Source: Paraspadella gotoi
Taxonomy: Eukaryota; Animalia; Chaetognatha
Reading direction: 5' to 3'
Length of the DNA stretch: 64,000 nucleotides
Assembly: GCA_051294375.1 (NCBI GenBank)
Contig: CM119271.1
Span: 14,390,770 to 14,454,769 of the forward strand
In this document: positions 24,367-38,300 of the stretch, in pieces
Numbering within the stretch: position 1 is the stretch's first letter
Layout of the letters: the number at the start of each line of letters is the position of its first letter
Made by a program: the position numbers and the translations under genes
The notes under the pieces: model-generated
The model's input: only the letters and a program-made list of their open reading frames with translations
What the model was told of the DNA's origin: nothing
Database searches by the model: none

Positions 24367-26849
24367 TCATTTCTTCTTCGGCGTCTTGTAGGACAAAACC
24401 TTGGCTGTAGAGCTGGTCCCGCTCCAGTCGGGCCTCTCCGCTCCAGCAGCTGGCACCTTGTAGCGCTGAAAAGTCGTTTTGTTGAAGGTGGGGAGCAACT
24501 CGCTCGCTTCGGTGGAAAGAGTCTTGAGAAAGACGACCACGTTGGTCCCGTAGCCTTCCACGGAATTGACGACGAGGTCGCCTTTTGTATTAAATTATAT
24601 TACATTACTAATCGATTTACATATATATACAAAATCAGTAGAAACCTTCGTCAAACATCAACATGCAACAGCCCCGCTTGAAAAAAATATTGCCAAACCC
24701 CGAAAATAGCGCGCGAAGAGCCTCGATAGTGGAAGGCCGAACCCGTAGCCGGCCATCAAGGGTTGGCCGCCGATGTGGGCATCCGTTGTCACGGTTCCCG
24801 CCGTCGAGAAGACGTAGCGAAAGAGACGGTCGATCATTGATCTAAATGGCAGCGTGATGTTGTTGTTGTTGTTGAAGTGATTATCATTCGGATGACCAAA
24901 CAAAAAGAACCTCTTAATCCCGCCTCCCTGGTCGGCGATTCGGAGGGTGACGTCTTCGGTCGCCATAACGACGAGGACTTCGATGTGCGGTACATCGTCC
25001 GACGTCGAGTGGTGCTCCACCGTCGCGCGCATCGCGTTTTTCAGCATCTCGAAGAGGATGTAGTAGAGGTGGGAGGGAACGTAGCTGGAGACATCAGAAT
25101 GTTTGAAGCTTTCTCATTGTTATATACAAAACTGACGTTATACAACAGGACATAAAACAATTAACATCTAAAACGATAAATTCGCACCCATTCAACGACA
25201 CTCACGGGATCACGACCGGCGCTCCCGGCGTGACGGAGTTGTGACAGATGACCTTGACTTCGGGCGCCTCCGATAGATGATGCTCGCACATGAATTTGGC
25301 GTCCAAGGAAGCGTCCTGTTGGATCGAATTAAAGCTTCGAGCTTGGGATCATTTCTTACTTTTGACAGGATTCTAAAACCGTTAACAAAACTTTTTTAAC
25401 TTCGTTTTACACAATTGGCCAGCAGTGAACCACTCTGACAAAGCGATCTCTCTCTCTCTCTCTCTCTTTTCTCTCGGTGGCCCTAAGCGACCTTAACAAC
25501 GGCTGAGACGTCGCAGGCTGGATCGATGGCACCGATGTGGTTGGGATGATTCTCCGCCAGACGTTCGCTGCCGAAGAGGATGTTGTGTTGGTTGAGGAGC
25601 ATCCGGATGGAGATTCGACTTGAGGATTTCGAAAGGGGAGGGATTGTGTAGGAAAGTTCATAAATCTGATTGAGTAGGAAAGTTCATAAATCTAATCCAC
25701 CTGATTAGGAATCGATTGACGAAATACTGGATGTTCTTCTCTAATGTGTGATCCTTGAGCGCCACCGGCCGCACCTCCGCCACGCTCTCCGCCAACGTTT
25801 CCAAAACCAAAACGGACAAACAAACAATAGTTTAGTCGAATCATGAGTTGAAATGGAATAAGGAGAATCGAGGTTTAAACAAACGAGAGAGAGGAATTAA
25901 CAAGAGGGGAAATAACAACCGTGGCGTGTCGTTTGATGACTTCGCCCAAGACGCCGGTGAATTCAGCGACGATTTTGGGGTCGTTGGAATTGGCTTTCTC
26001 GAACGCCACGATTTCCTCTGAGATGGAAACAAAGCAATCAATTTTATTGCGTAAAGGCAATCACTTCTACGGCTTACAATCCTCCACTCTCAAGTCAGTG
26101 CTGAAATCAATTTTTACTTTGCGAATACATTGAATCACTTTCACTCCGTAAATATAATCATTCTATTACACGGCCTAAAATTAATTTCTCCAGGTAAAAT
26201 AAAACAGTTTAACTGCGTACAAAGACACGATCAATCATTCGATTCAATCAATCACATCAATTCAATCAATCAATTCAATCAATCACATCAAACGATCCAA
26301 TTCTACCGACCAACCGAAACTCTTGAGATACCACTCATTCAGATTCTTGGCTGCTCTCGTGGCCTTCATGGGTTCGGGGAGAACTTGGAGTTCTTTCATG
26401 ATGTTGGCCAAACGGACGGGCATCTCGTGGCGAAGAAATTCGAAAGAAGCCTTTTCGCTCGCGTAGTCCTTTTGCCCGAATTGTATCATTGCCTGAGAGT
26501 TGCCGGTTTTTAAAGATAACTTAACCCTAAACCCCCCCTCTAACCCCGGTCGGCAAAAGTAAAATTAACTCCTTTTTAGATTAAGAAATGTCGAATTTCA
26601 CTTTCAAATTCCTTATCTCTGTTTCTTTTCGGCTCGGCCGCCCAACTTCAGATCACGACTCGGCACATGACATCACAACCAGCAACGCCCCCAGCGTCTC
26701 ACTTCGAGTGAAAGCGGCTTTGGATTCAACGAGGAAAATCTTTCGATATCCGCCGACGCCGCCGCCGAGGAAAAGCCCTTCGATGCAGCGGGGGACAGAG
26801 CAGCAGCAGCGGCGGCGGCGAAAACGCGTTTCGAATGGGCGGTCAACAT
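24367..26849 (-). CDS. PDK: Mitochondrial pyruvate dehydrogenase kinase
   Basis: Ala/Arg-rich presequence [10 protein letters not shown]...; [13 protein letters not shown]; [12 protein letters not shown]; [15 protein letters not shown]; IADQGGG; [20 protein letters not shown]; EGYGT; [10 protein letters not shown]. Confidence 0.95.
26515..26572. repeat. Fragment of the telomere-like-repeat element family, in PDK intron 1
   Basis: taaccctaaaccccccctctaaccccggtcggcaaaagtaaaattaac closely matches the reverse complement of the left end of the element at 59956. Confidence 0.65.
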
Positions 26850-28740
26850 TATTTTTCGCGTTGTGACACGTAATCACGACTCGAAGTCAAATCGCTAGCT
26901 TTGTTGGGCAAGTTTGGGCAAGTTTGAACGATCACCATTGTCCGCAGATTCGTTTGCGGAAAGGTTTTATCTGTACAGAAGGATTTACAAAACGGAAATT
27001 TTCAACTTGGTCGAATGTTGTCAGTAACAGAAAGAAACCTGTGAATATTTGTTAGCTTGTGGAATACGCCCGATCTCAAATGCTTGTCGTGTCGCTGATA
27101 TGAAGTTCTATCATTTCTCGTTGAAGAAACTGCCCATTATCATATTTAAATCTATCTTTTGCAACGTAAAAAAAAGGCATGTAAAAATATGGTAAGTTTA
27201 CTGCTTAAAAAATCACAGTGACAACACTTGTAACATCAGAAAAAACGGAGTGTAAAATAATAGATAGCTTATTTATTAAATGAATGGATAATTTTTATAT
27301 TGGTTGTACCAATTTCATATAAGAAAATTGCTATCATTTTTCAGAATTCTGTCAATGCTGCAAATACTGAGAAAAATCGGATAACCAGTTTATGTGACCA
27401 TCACCACCTAAAAATAAGGTGTATAAGTTCATAAGATATTACGAATTGCTCTAAGAAAATAATAGCCTTAGTGGAAACATCGCCAAACTGACAAAAATTC
27501 CAATTCTAGTCGTATTTCCTTTTATATCAACGCAGAGAATGGATTATCAAGTGGCTTGTCTCTCTTGGCTTCTCCGTCTTTTCTTCTGATTGACCAATCA
27601 GAGAGGAGGCTTCCCTCAGGAAACCGACGGCAGAGAAACGAGAGAGGGAACGAGATCACTCTTCAACTTACCTTCAAGAAACAAACATCAAACTCCTTAT
27701 GGACTATTTGTTATATTTGTTATTTGTTATTTTCCTGATAATTCTGAATAAAAAAAATGTCGCGAAGACATATAATTCTGGGTTCTCTATTAAAATGAAC
27801 AAGTTTGAGCAAACAATGTCGGATCTGCCCACGATCATTAGCGGTAATTAATTAATAAATTAATTTAATCCGAAATCTTTGTTTTTAGGTCTTTTCGTCA
27901 CTGACCACGACAAAAGCAACCACGACGATGATGGCGACGACGACAATAATGCCGTTAACGATTGTCTTGATTGATTGATTAAATAATTATTGATTAATTA
28001 ATTGACTAATTGATTAACTGATTAATTATGTGATTAATTAATACATCTTGCATTAACATTTAATATAAAGAGAAAAAGAAGCATAATCAAATAGTGAAAA
28101 AAGTTTTTTGTTTTTTTTTTCATTCAAACTCATTTCCACTCAGACGATTCCATCGAAACTTAACTTCCAGCTTAATCAGCTTAATCACACACTTCCTACC
28201 CACATACAAAATTCAAGTCAATCGCCCCGTCCATCCATTTCAAATAGTAAAATAGATTTTGTTTTTTTGTTTTTTTTTCTTTTAAACTCATTTCCAATAG
28301 CACGATTCCATCGTCACTTCATATCCAGTTCAATCCCACACGGGACGGACGAACAGACGGACATCATTTTTTTTGCATAATTTATCATAATTCGATGTTC
28401 TGACATGATATAAGTGAATGCCCGACAAGTTTGAGGGGGCGGACCGACGGACCGACAAAGTGAATTATAGAATTATAGTGAATTATATCTGCTGATAAGC
28501 AGATAAGTGCAAATCCTTAACTACAAGAAAATTCAATTAGTAGTTTTAAAGAAATAGCCAAAGCAATGTCCTCGCGGTTATAATACACGCCAATGCAGTC
28601 AAAGAAACATGCTAAAGCTTAGATAAAGTTTTAACTACTAAAAAGTGTGAACAAACCGCCCCCCCCCAAAAAAAAACAAAGACCAAGAGTTCTGTCATTC
28701 AAGTTCCATCTCAAAAATGTTTTCCTCAACTCCAACCCTA

Positions 28741-31228
28741 TCAATGTTCACAAAACTCGATCTCCTTGCTGTTGAGGTCTTCCTTGGCGGCCTTGCGTTC
28801 CGCCATCATTTCCAACCGGATCTCCTTCGCTCGTTCGAAGGTCATCGTCTCCTGAGGACGCTTCAATCCCGTCGTCGACCGAATCGGCGTCTTCGGGTCG
28901 ATGAAGAAAAGAGCGACGATCTTGCGGCGGAGCGTCTCGTCCGTGGGGTTGGAGATGGGAGCTAGTTTGTGGGCGTGGGAGTTTGGGAACATGAGTAGAA
29001 GGTTTTCCCTCGTCTGGATCTTGCCCAAGGGGATGAGTTCCTGAAAAGAAAAGGAAATAATAATAATAAGTTTGTAAAAGGTTCCTCGTAAACCCACTCC
29101 CCCACGCCCTTCAATCTCGTAAGATCGATTTTGAACGAAGAGGAAAGAGAATCAAAATCCGCCAATTCGACAATAAAAAATTACCGAGGTGACGTTGAAG
29201 ATAATCGTCAGGGGATCCTGTCTGACGCCGGAATAAACCATTCCGCGCTCCACGTCCGTGAAGGCTCTTTTGAAGTGAAGCTCGCCACCTTCGAGTCGCT
29301 CGTCCACTTGAAGAAAGTAGACAGCCGTCGCTACGATATGCTCGTGGGAGAGGCCCTCGAAATGCCAAACGCCTATAATGATAAATAGGTAACAAATAAA
29401 TAATAATAAATAAAGACCCTGAAGATTGAACTACAGGTTCCGACCTTCGTAAGTGTCGCCCCTGTTGCGGAACTCGTACTCGGCGATTTTCGTGACGACT
29501 TGAATCGTTTTTCCCGCCAAATTCTCTTTCTTCAAGTCGGGATACGACTCGTCCATTGTGTCCGAAGGATCATCTGAATAATTATGTAAAGTTATGCATA
29601 AGTTGTACCTATATACTGCAAAGTTCAGTACAATAACTGAGCATAATAATAATCTCTCACCAGCCGTGAACTTGGTAGTATTAGCATACTGCAAGACATG
29701 CTCAAAGGGAGGAATACAAAGTGTCACTAGTTCTTCGATATTTTCCTTTAAATCGTCGTGATCCGATGGAGGTAAGTTGTTTATGTAGCTATCTTTAAAT
29801 AAAATAATATACTTAAAGTTATAATATGTAAACCCAACGTTAAGCTTTTTGGAAAACGGGACTTATAACCATATTTTTCTAAAAATAAAACCGAACTGAC
29901 CTTCTTTGACTTTAGCGTTTCCTCTTTCGTCAATGACGAAATCCGTCGGAAGCCACTGATACTTTGACGATCGATACTTGCGCCCCCAGCGGTCGAAGAC
30001 GCCGTTTTCGTCGTCTCTACCGTCGCCATGACTCACGTGGGCATCGTCGGGTTCGGGCGCCGTCTCGCGGACGAAGGGATACAACGTCGGGTGGATGATG
30101 TCGTTCACCATGTCGTTGCTTCCTGTTAACATATAAATAACATAATAGTATTATTAACCTTTACATGAGAGCACATGATTTAGCGCCTCCATTACCCGGA
30201 TGCCAATCGGGCGGCTTGGAGTTCTTCAGCTGCTCCACGTTTTTCAAGAGTCGCTCCTTCAAACCGGGGTCAACGACCTCGTCGGAGACGAAAAGCTCCT
30301 TCACCTCCTTCGCCTCGTGTTTGGCCAGCAGCTCGTCCAGTGGCACCAGACCTTCCTTGACATCTTCGTTGGATGGTGTCTTGTTGGCCAGGTACTGTAG
30401 TTCGCTTTGAGGGGGGCGGAGATAAGACCTTAAAGACGCTGGAAAAGACAGGATTAACTCCAAGGACTTCGTACTTGAACTCGTCGGCCGTCCGTCCATG
30501 CTTCTCGGCCAACCTCGATATGTCGTCCGGAGAGACGACAATTCTGCCGTAATATTCCTCTTCGTCGCCGTCGTCGTCGTCGTCGTCGTCGTTTTCGTTC
30601 GTGAATTTTGTCTCTTCGCCCGTCTCAGCATCTCTGCATTGAAAAGATAAAATAAAAAAACAATGGTACAACCAGGGGCGGCGAGAGAAATGGCCGGCCC
30701 CTCCACTGGACCACCGCCCCCGCCCACGTTATATTTTGAAAAAGGGCCTCCAGGTTAACGCCCTGCTCCTTCCTCGGTCCGCCTATCTCGTACACAATGT
30801 TATATTTTGTAAAAGGGCCTCCAGGTTAACGCCCTGCTCCTTTCACGGTCCCGTGTCCCCTCTCTCGCCGCCCCTGGGTACAACCAATGTAATAACTATT
30901 TTTTTATTTAAAAACCCATTACAAAAATTCTAAATTGCTATTTTTTGTTGAAACGGATATTTTTTGAAAAAATGATAACAGGAACATAAATCTATTTCTA
31001 CTACGAACTGTTTTTTTCACATCAACAACGATCAATTCACCTCAACGTATTCTTGTTGATGAACAAGAGTTTGACGAGTCTGTTCTCGTTTCTACTATGA
31101 AATTCCAAGTATCGATGCTTTTCGCGTTCGTCGTTGGCGACGTCCATCAGCCCATTGGCGTAGGCAGCATCTTTCAAGAGTTTGAGCGCGGGGAAGTCCT
31201 GGGATCGAGTCCGACGTCCGCCGCTCAT
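28741..31228 (-). CDS. DUF4246-family protein (2OG-Fe(II) oxygenase-like fold), multi-exon
   Basis: DWHPG|SNDMVNDIIHPTLYPFV, SKYQWLPTDF, YINNL, IQVVTKIAEY, WHFEGLSHEHIVATAVYF, FPNSHAHKL, RKIVALFFIDP, MTFERAKEIRLEMMAERK and terminal FCEH*. Attachment of the first exon (31228-31040) is less certain. Confidence 0.85.
30673..30876. mobile_element. hAT-type MITE (204 bp) in an intron of the DUF4246 gene
   Basis: Perfect 16-bp TIR CAGGGGCGGCGAGAGA/TCTCTCGCCGCCCCTG. The 8-bp TSD GGTACAAC lies at 30665-30672 and 30877-30884. There is an internal direct repeat aaaagggcctccaggttaacgccctgctcctt. Confidence 0.9.
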
Positions 31229-31872
31229 TTTTTTTAGTCTTTTTTGTTCGTTTAGTTTAAAAAGATTGTCTGGCGAGGACCGGGTTGGCAAATGAGCCTT
31301 CTTCCCGAATTTATCTGATGATAAAATCATAAAATCATTATCGATGTTTAAATAACATTTTTATAATCGAAGCGTCATAAAAATAAAAAGCTTTGACACG
31401 AAAAGCAAATAGTAATTACTTCAAATCGTTCAATTTAGTTAGCCATTGGCGCGAGTTAGATGTATTACGGTCATCCACGTGTCCTTAAGTCCTCTGAGAA
31501 ACCAAAATATTGCGTAATTTATTCATTTATTAACTTCGTCTAAATTTCACTATCAGAATTTAAAACAGATTGATTGTTTTATTTTAGATAGTCAAAGATC
31601 TCATTCCCGCTGAAGAGAAACCGAGAGTTGGCCCAGTTTTTTTTGCTGCGAAGGAACATTTAAAAAAAAAGAATTTTGTCTTCGAGAAGAGGACGACGTG
31701 CATTCCTACAAACTGTAGCCTTCCCTATTTCTGTCATTAAAAAACCAAAATTACCTATAACGGAGTTAATTATGTTTTCGCATTTCACGATACAAAAAAA
31801 AAACAATTATGACAATATGATGAGAAGAATCGGTCTCGTAATAAAAACGAATCCAGCTGTCGCCACCACCAA

Positions 31873-33570
31873 TCAGGGCTTGATCTTGACCATAGGAATC
31901 TCCTTGGCTGCGAGGCATCGATCGCAGACCCACTCGGCGTAGATCTCGCTGGTCAGGAGGGTGTAGGCCTGAGGGTGGAGTCCAGTGCAGCCGCGATGGA
32001 ACCAAAAGTTGCAACCGGATTCGCAAAGGATAGCTTGGTCGGAGTCTTGGACCTAAAAAATGAAAAATTAGATTTCATTGTTTTAAAACTTCTACATTAA
32101 TATAAAGTAATAAACATAAAAGGTCTGGTAACAATTTTGAACCCGCCGTTTAGAAGCCATTTTATCTGCCATTTAAAAACCACTAGATATTTGGTCATTT
32201 TTAAGAAATAATTTCGGATTTAAAGCCTGGGCATTTCGGTCTCTTCTTTAGCTAAGTTATTCATCAAATGTTATGTAATGAATACTTACTTACTATACTA
32301 AGTTATAACGATCTTTATTAAGATCGAAGATCTCAAATTTCCTGACCTCCTTGTGACAAACTCCGCAGGGGTAGATTGGGGGAGCGTAGGGGTTCACAGG
32401 ATTGAAAATCATTGGCTGGTCGGACGGGTACACCTTGCCCGGCGACCCAAATCCGGAGATGTTCTTCGAGGATCCCTTATGTCTGTTGGTTCCCACTTGT
32501 CTGTTGGTTCCCACTTGTCTGTTGGTTCCCACTTGTCTGTTGGTTCCCCTTGTCTGTTGGTTCCACTTGTCTGTTGGTTCCAACTTGTCTGTTGGTTCCA
32601 CTTGTCTGTTGTTGGTTCCCACTTGTCTGTTGGTTCCCACTTGTCTGTTGGTTTCCATTTGTCTGTTGGTTTCCATTTGTCTGTTGGTTCCCATTGTTGA
32701 ATTGCTTCTCAATTGTCCATTGGTTCCCATTTGTCCATTGGTTCCCATTTGTCCATTGGTTCCCATTGGGACATTTTGTTCCATTTGTCCATTAGGTCCA
32801 ATCTGCGGACTAGGTCCTATTTGTCTATTAGTTCCCATTCGTCTGTTGGCTTCCATCTGTCCATTTAGAGCAATCTGTCCATTTGTTCTCATATGTCCGT
32901 TAGTTTCCATTTGCCCTAACTGGCCTGGTTGCCCCACGAGACCATAGGATCCATTCAAGTCCATGGTACCAGGCATGCTTTGCATAGACGTTCCACCAAC
33001 TGCACCGGGCGTTCCCATCATGCCAGCCTGTTGCTGCTGCTGCTGCTGATGCTGCATGGACATTCCCATGGGACCTTGCATTATCTGAGATGAATGCATT
33101 GGCGGCATCTGCTGTTGCTGCTGATGGGGTGGTATCATGCTGTGTGTTGCAGAAGTCATTCCCGGGTGCATCATGCTGGATCCCTGACGCGACATGAAAG
33201 ATCCGTGGTTTTGAGGACCGGGCATTCCGGAGGAAACCATGGAAGGAACGCCGGTAGGGTTCAACGGGGCCATGGCGCCTTGACTGGGAGGCAACATTCC
33301 AACACCAGGTTGATTTCGAGGCCCCAAATTTTCCATACTCTGCGGCATGTTTGAAGGGTTGTGCATGGGGCTGCCGACGGACATGGGACTTCTCACGGGT
33401 GACATTATAGGACCATCCATGTAAATCGTGTTCATGGGACTGGGAGCCATTGGGCTGGGAGCCATTGGGCTGGGAGGCATTGGGCTGGGAGGCATTGGGC
33501 TGGGAGGCATGAGACCGTGGCCGGCATTGGGAAGGTGTAGCCCAGACGAAGAGCCGGGTTGGTTCATCAT
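31873..33570 (-). CDS. pygo: Pygopus (C-terminal PHD finger; M/P/Q-rich N-terminus)
   Basis: GKVYPSDQPMIFNPVNPYAPPIYPCGVCHKE|VQDSDQAILCESGCNFWFHRGCTGLHPQAYTLLTSEIYAEWVCDRCL is the diagnostic Pygopus PHD region. Confidence 0.92.
32480..32910 (-). repeat. 18-bp coding minisatellite (GTNRQV / GTNGQM) in Pygopus
   Basis: Unit GGAACCAACAGACAAGTG, ~20 degenerate copies. Confidence 0.95.
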
Positions 33571-33869
33571 CGTCAGATCTAGGAAAAAATTAGTTTATTA
33601 TTTTATAACGCAGAAAATGGGGTCATTTTCTCATTTAGAAAATACAACAGTGCAGTAATGGTTTTTAAAGAAGTTACCTTGTCAGAGGTTCCAAGAATTT
33701 ATTAAGGGTTAAAAAAAAATAAAGATAATATTGAGTAATTAAGGAGACTTAGAATTTTGACTTTTTATTTCGTGTTGTTGTTAAACTCGATTTAAAAAGT
33801 CGGTCGACAGGATGAAAAGTTGACGAGCACCAAACAGAAACAATGGAGCAGAAAACAATAGATGGTTGA

Positions 33870-33991
<122 letters not shown>

Positions 33992-35343
33992 TGGTTAGAT
34001 TGACGAGAATCAACAAGGAGATCCCTAATAAACAAGACACTCCGCAAGTCATATCGTCAGAGTTGTAAATTTCTAATTCTTTTTCCCTCTTTTATTTTCG
34101 CGTCTGCTTACGTATCTCAATTTTTTAAACAAATAAACAGAACTAACTGTAATTAAAAGACAGTTTATTCGATAGCAATAAATAAAAAGCTAATAAGAAT
34201 ATCCATCAATTTCCGAAAACTTAGTTTTCAGCGTCGAGATAAAAACAAAATGAACCGAAAAACCGGCCTGAATTGTCGTCGTCGTTGTTGTTGTTATAGT
34301 AGTCAAAATGAAATGAAGTTTGTAACTTTTTTATTCCAACTCGTTGAAAAAAAAATGAAAACAAAAGTCAAGGGGCGAAATTATGGGGGGATAACTGAGA
34401 AAAAGGGAAATATTAATTTTGAAACAGACGAAATTAAAGTTTAAATAAATATTAAGCATTGATAGGTGAATGATTCAGGATAAGAAACGTTAGCAAATAT
34501 GAAAATTGAGGGGAGGGGGTGAGGGAGATATATTTTCTCCTTTCCCAATTGGTAATACCAATCCCCAATTTATGTCGGATCGAGAAAAAAAAAACAACAA
34601 AAAAACAAAGAATCGGACACTAGATTCGTTCGATCTTTTTACAGCGGAACCGTTTATAATAACGGATACAGTCAGCGTCAAAAAGAAAGAAAATGCGATC
34701 CCCTTATTTCAAAAGGCTTCTCACTGTCTCTTGCTTAACAACGTTCGAAAGCAGGGTAATGATGATAATCGTCAACGTAGATATTTAATAATTATAATAA
34801 TAACACGTGAATAGCAGAATAAGGGCGTTTCGTTGTTTTTTTTTCATTATGTAATTCTTTTAAAAAGGCGCGTTAAAGGATTATTAGCGAGAAGTATGGC
34901 GTCGCCATGGCCACGAATACAAATATCGTTTGCGCTCGAATAATCGACTCGTTTCACCGAAAAGCAAATTCATTATCAAGAATCGGATTAAAATGCAGAC
35001 ATTTTTTGTGTGTCTCTTATTCACCTCCTTTTTTTCAAAATCAAAATGGAAACCAAGTTACGTATTACGAGGTTCAAAATAAAAAAAAGACTATATTTTA
35101 AAAACAATGATAAAAATGACCAGTTTTGGATTTTAGCATTGGATTGACCAAACGCGTGAAAAAAAAGAAGAAAGAAATAAAGAAAAAAGAACCCGAAGCG
35201 AGAAAAACCGATCGCCGGGATTTAATACTGGATTAAAGACTCAAGAAAGTTCCTACAAACTACGGGGAAAACAAAAAGCCATCGACGACATAAAACCAAA
35301 CATAAATAATTGAAAGGAGCCTCCGATTTTCTCAATCGCTCAC

Positions 35344-38300
35344 TCATCCTTCGCCGCCGGACACCGAGGTTTCCGCGGCTCTACTCGGCCCGGCGGCGCG
35401 GAGAAGAGACGCCGGAGAGAGGGCAACGACCGAAAAGGCCCCGCCCCCTCGCGAAGCCGCTGTCGATGTAGTCGTGCCCTTCGTCCCTCCGCGATCCGTC
35501 TCGGGGGCGGAGCCGGGGTGTTCCTTGTGCACGTGGCTCGTGAGATAGTGACGTCGGGAGAACTCGAGGCTGCAGAACTTGCAGCGGTGGGTCACGTTCT
35601 CGTGGATGCACTTTTTGTGGCGGCGGAGAGTCGATCGGTCGAAGAATCGCTTTCCTGGGGGATAAATGATTCTATTAGTATTATTAGCTAAATTCTAAAT
35701 TATTCAATTTCTTCATTCCTTAACCGACCGCAATCGTTGCAAGGAAACTTTCTGTTTTCGTGAATGGATTTGGTGTGCGTGTCCAGCGAAGATTTAGACG
35801 CCAAAACTTTGAAACAAACGTTGCACATGAATTCCGGTTTGGCGTTGCATTCGCTGCCAAAGGAAAAACGATGCCAGTCCGACTCATTAAGTATTACCTT
35901 TCCTTTCAAGACTAACCATTCCCTTAACTCACCCGTGAACGGCCTCCGCTTCGGATTTACTCTCGATTCCGCTTTTCGGTTCCATCGTCGTCGTCGTCGT
36001 CATTTCCGGTTTAGCGAAAATTGAGGATGCCATCACTTCCGGGGCGCGCCAAATCGGCGCCAGGCAAGATGGCGTCGGTAGGCCTGGTCAAAGAAAAAAA
36101 AAAGGGTTTTTAATCTTATTTGGATATTGCAGTTGGTCCCAAAAATAAAATATAAGTCAAAATAATCTCGGGCAAAATAAATAAATGAATTTATAAATAA
36201 AGTGGAACCAACCCGGAAAGACGGACGAGGTAGTCAAAAGTTTCAAGGTGTTCAAATTGGCGGAATTCGGTGTTTGCGTTTCTATGCCTACGAATGAAAC
36301 CACAATTACAAGAACAAGTTTAAATTTTTTTATCGCAAATTTGAGATGACTGTTAAACATACCATCATTATCTTGGCTTTTATCTTGTAACGAAAAGTCA
36401 CACCGTTCGCCTGTAAAGGAATTTTTAAAAAAACTGTCATTTGCTGGTTTCTTCTTTTTCAGAAGATAACTCGATTCACAGAACCCTCACTCGTAACGTC
36501 GCCGTCGTCGCAAAACTGTGACGCCTTCTCCGCTTTGCACTTTTCGCTGAGAATCTCCTTGAGCCGCGGGACGAGATCGGACCGGCGTTTCCACTTGGGT
36601 TTGTTCGCTTTTTTCCACAACGTTCTCCTAGAGAGAGTAATCGGCATTATCAATGATAATTTATCATCGTCATCATTGATATAGTGATAATAAACCTGGA
36701 AATGAATGGAATCTGCTCAGGCGTTGTCGTCGGGGGCGTCGATACCTGGGATCATTAATAAACGATAAAACTAATCTCTTCTTTTTTTTCTCCAGTCTCC
36801 GCGATCTCCGACTAAACCCCCCCACCCCCCCCCCTCACCCTCCTCGGCGTCGTTTCCTCGGGAATGAAAATCCGTTCCGTCTCCGTCCGCGGATCAGTCG
36901 GTCCCACCTTCTCCTCCAACGGTTCGTCGGCCGAGGGCGAACCCGACGTCTCCGTCCGCGACTCGGCGACGGGTCGAGCCTCTTCCCCGGAGGTCGTCGA
37001 CGTCGTCGTCAATGGCGTCGAGGAGATGTCGTCGTCGATCGCGATGTTTAGTCGAGACGCTTTTTGATTTTGAAGCGAAACCGTTTGATGGTCAGAATTC
37101 GTTTCCTTTTCGAGTTGAGTCACTCGATTCTCCAGATCAGAAACGTTCGCTTGGATTCCCTGTTTTTAAGGAGAACGGGAGGGACATGGAACACGGATAT
37201 GGAAATGAAGCCGTAAATGGGAGGGACATGGAACACGGATATGGAAATGAAACGGTAAATCATCTTCAATCCACAAACTGTTAGGACCCGCCGGTCCGTC
37301 CTCTATGCTTATGCTTTGATTATTTTATTAAGAGAAATAAAGAGACTATTCTGCCTGCAGGACTTCGCGGGATGCCGTCAAGGTGAGTCTTTTGCTCACC
37401 GGGCCGCTCGTCGCCGCCTGTTGCTTGGACATTATTGCACCATTCCGGACTTTTGGACACTTTTTTTTTTCTTCTCTCTGTTTGTACTTTTATGCTTGTT
37501 TTCCTTTTAGTTTTATTACAGATCTTTTAATTATCTAAATCTTGTGACATTGTATTACGATCATGTCGCTTTCTCCTCCATCGGATGTAAATGTTGCCGT
37601 AACTCCCTTTCCGGAAGGGTTTCGTCCTTACGGCTCAAATTGCGGGATGCCCTTGGAGCTTCAATATGTTTGCTTCCACCACGATCTCTCCGCCGATATG
37701 GTATCCAAGTTGGTCGATAATGGGTATCGCAACATCCAATCCTTCCGCCTTACTGACCCCGACTCCGCTGATGGCCGTGAGCAGTTTACACGGGTATCTG
37801 CTCTCTTTTCCGGGAAGTCGGTAGACTGCTCCAAGGGTTTGGATCTTCTTCGTGTGAAGGGGCTGTTTCGCCGATTGTGCCGCACCGATTTTCTTGGCGC
37901 TGTCAAACGGGCTGTTTCCCCACAACCTCAATCTTCCTCCAAGAAGTCTCGTTGGGACAGGCCCCCTGCTTCCAGTGCCTCTACATCTGCGACCGCCACT
38001 GAAGCCACTCCTTCAAAATCCAAGAAGGTTGTTGCCTACGACGTGGATTCCTCGGACAACGAATCGGACTCCGACGTCGCCGAAACGGATGCAGAATCTG
38101 GGACTGAGTCACGTGAGCGATCGAAGTCTTCGCGTTCTGACTCCTGTCTGGCCAAGGCCTTTTCCAAGGTCGCAACTCCGGTAAGCCAGTTTATTTTCCT
38201 TTTTTGTGTCACGGGGGCCCGCGCTGCCATTTTGCTCTCACTGTAGGAGATGCGTTTGATGCGCAAGCGAGCACTGCGCATGTGCGAAATGAAGATGAAA

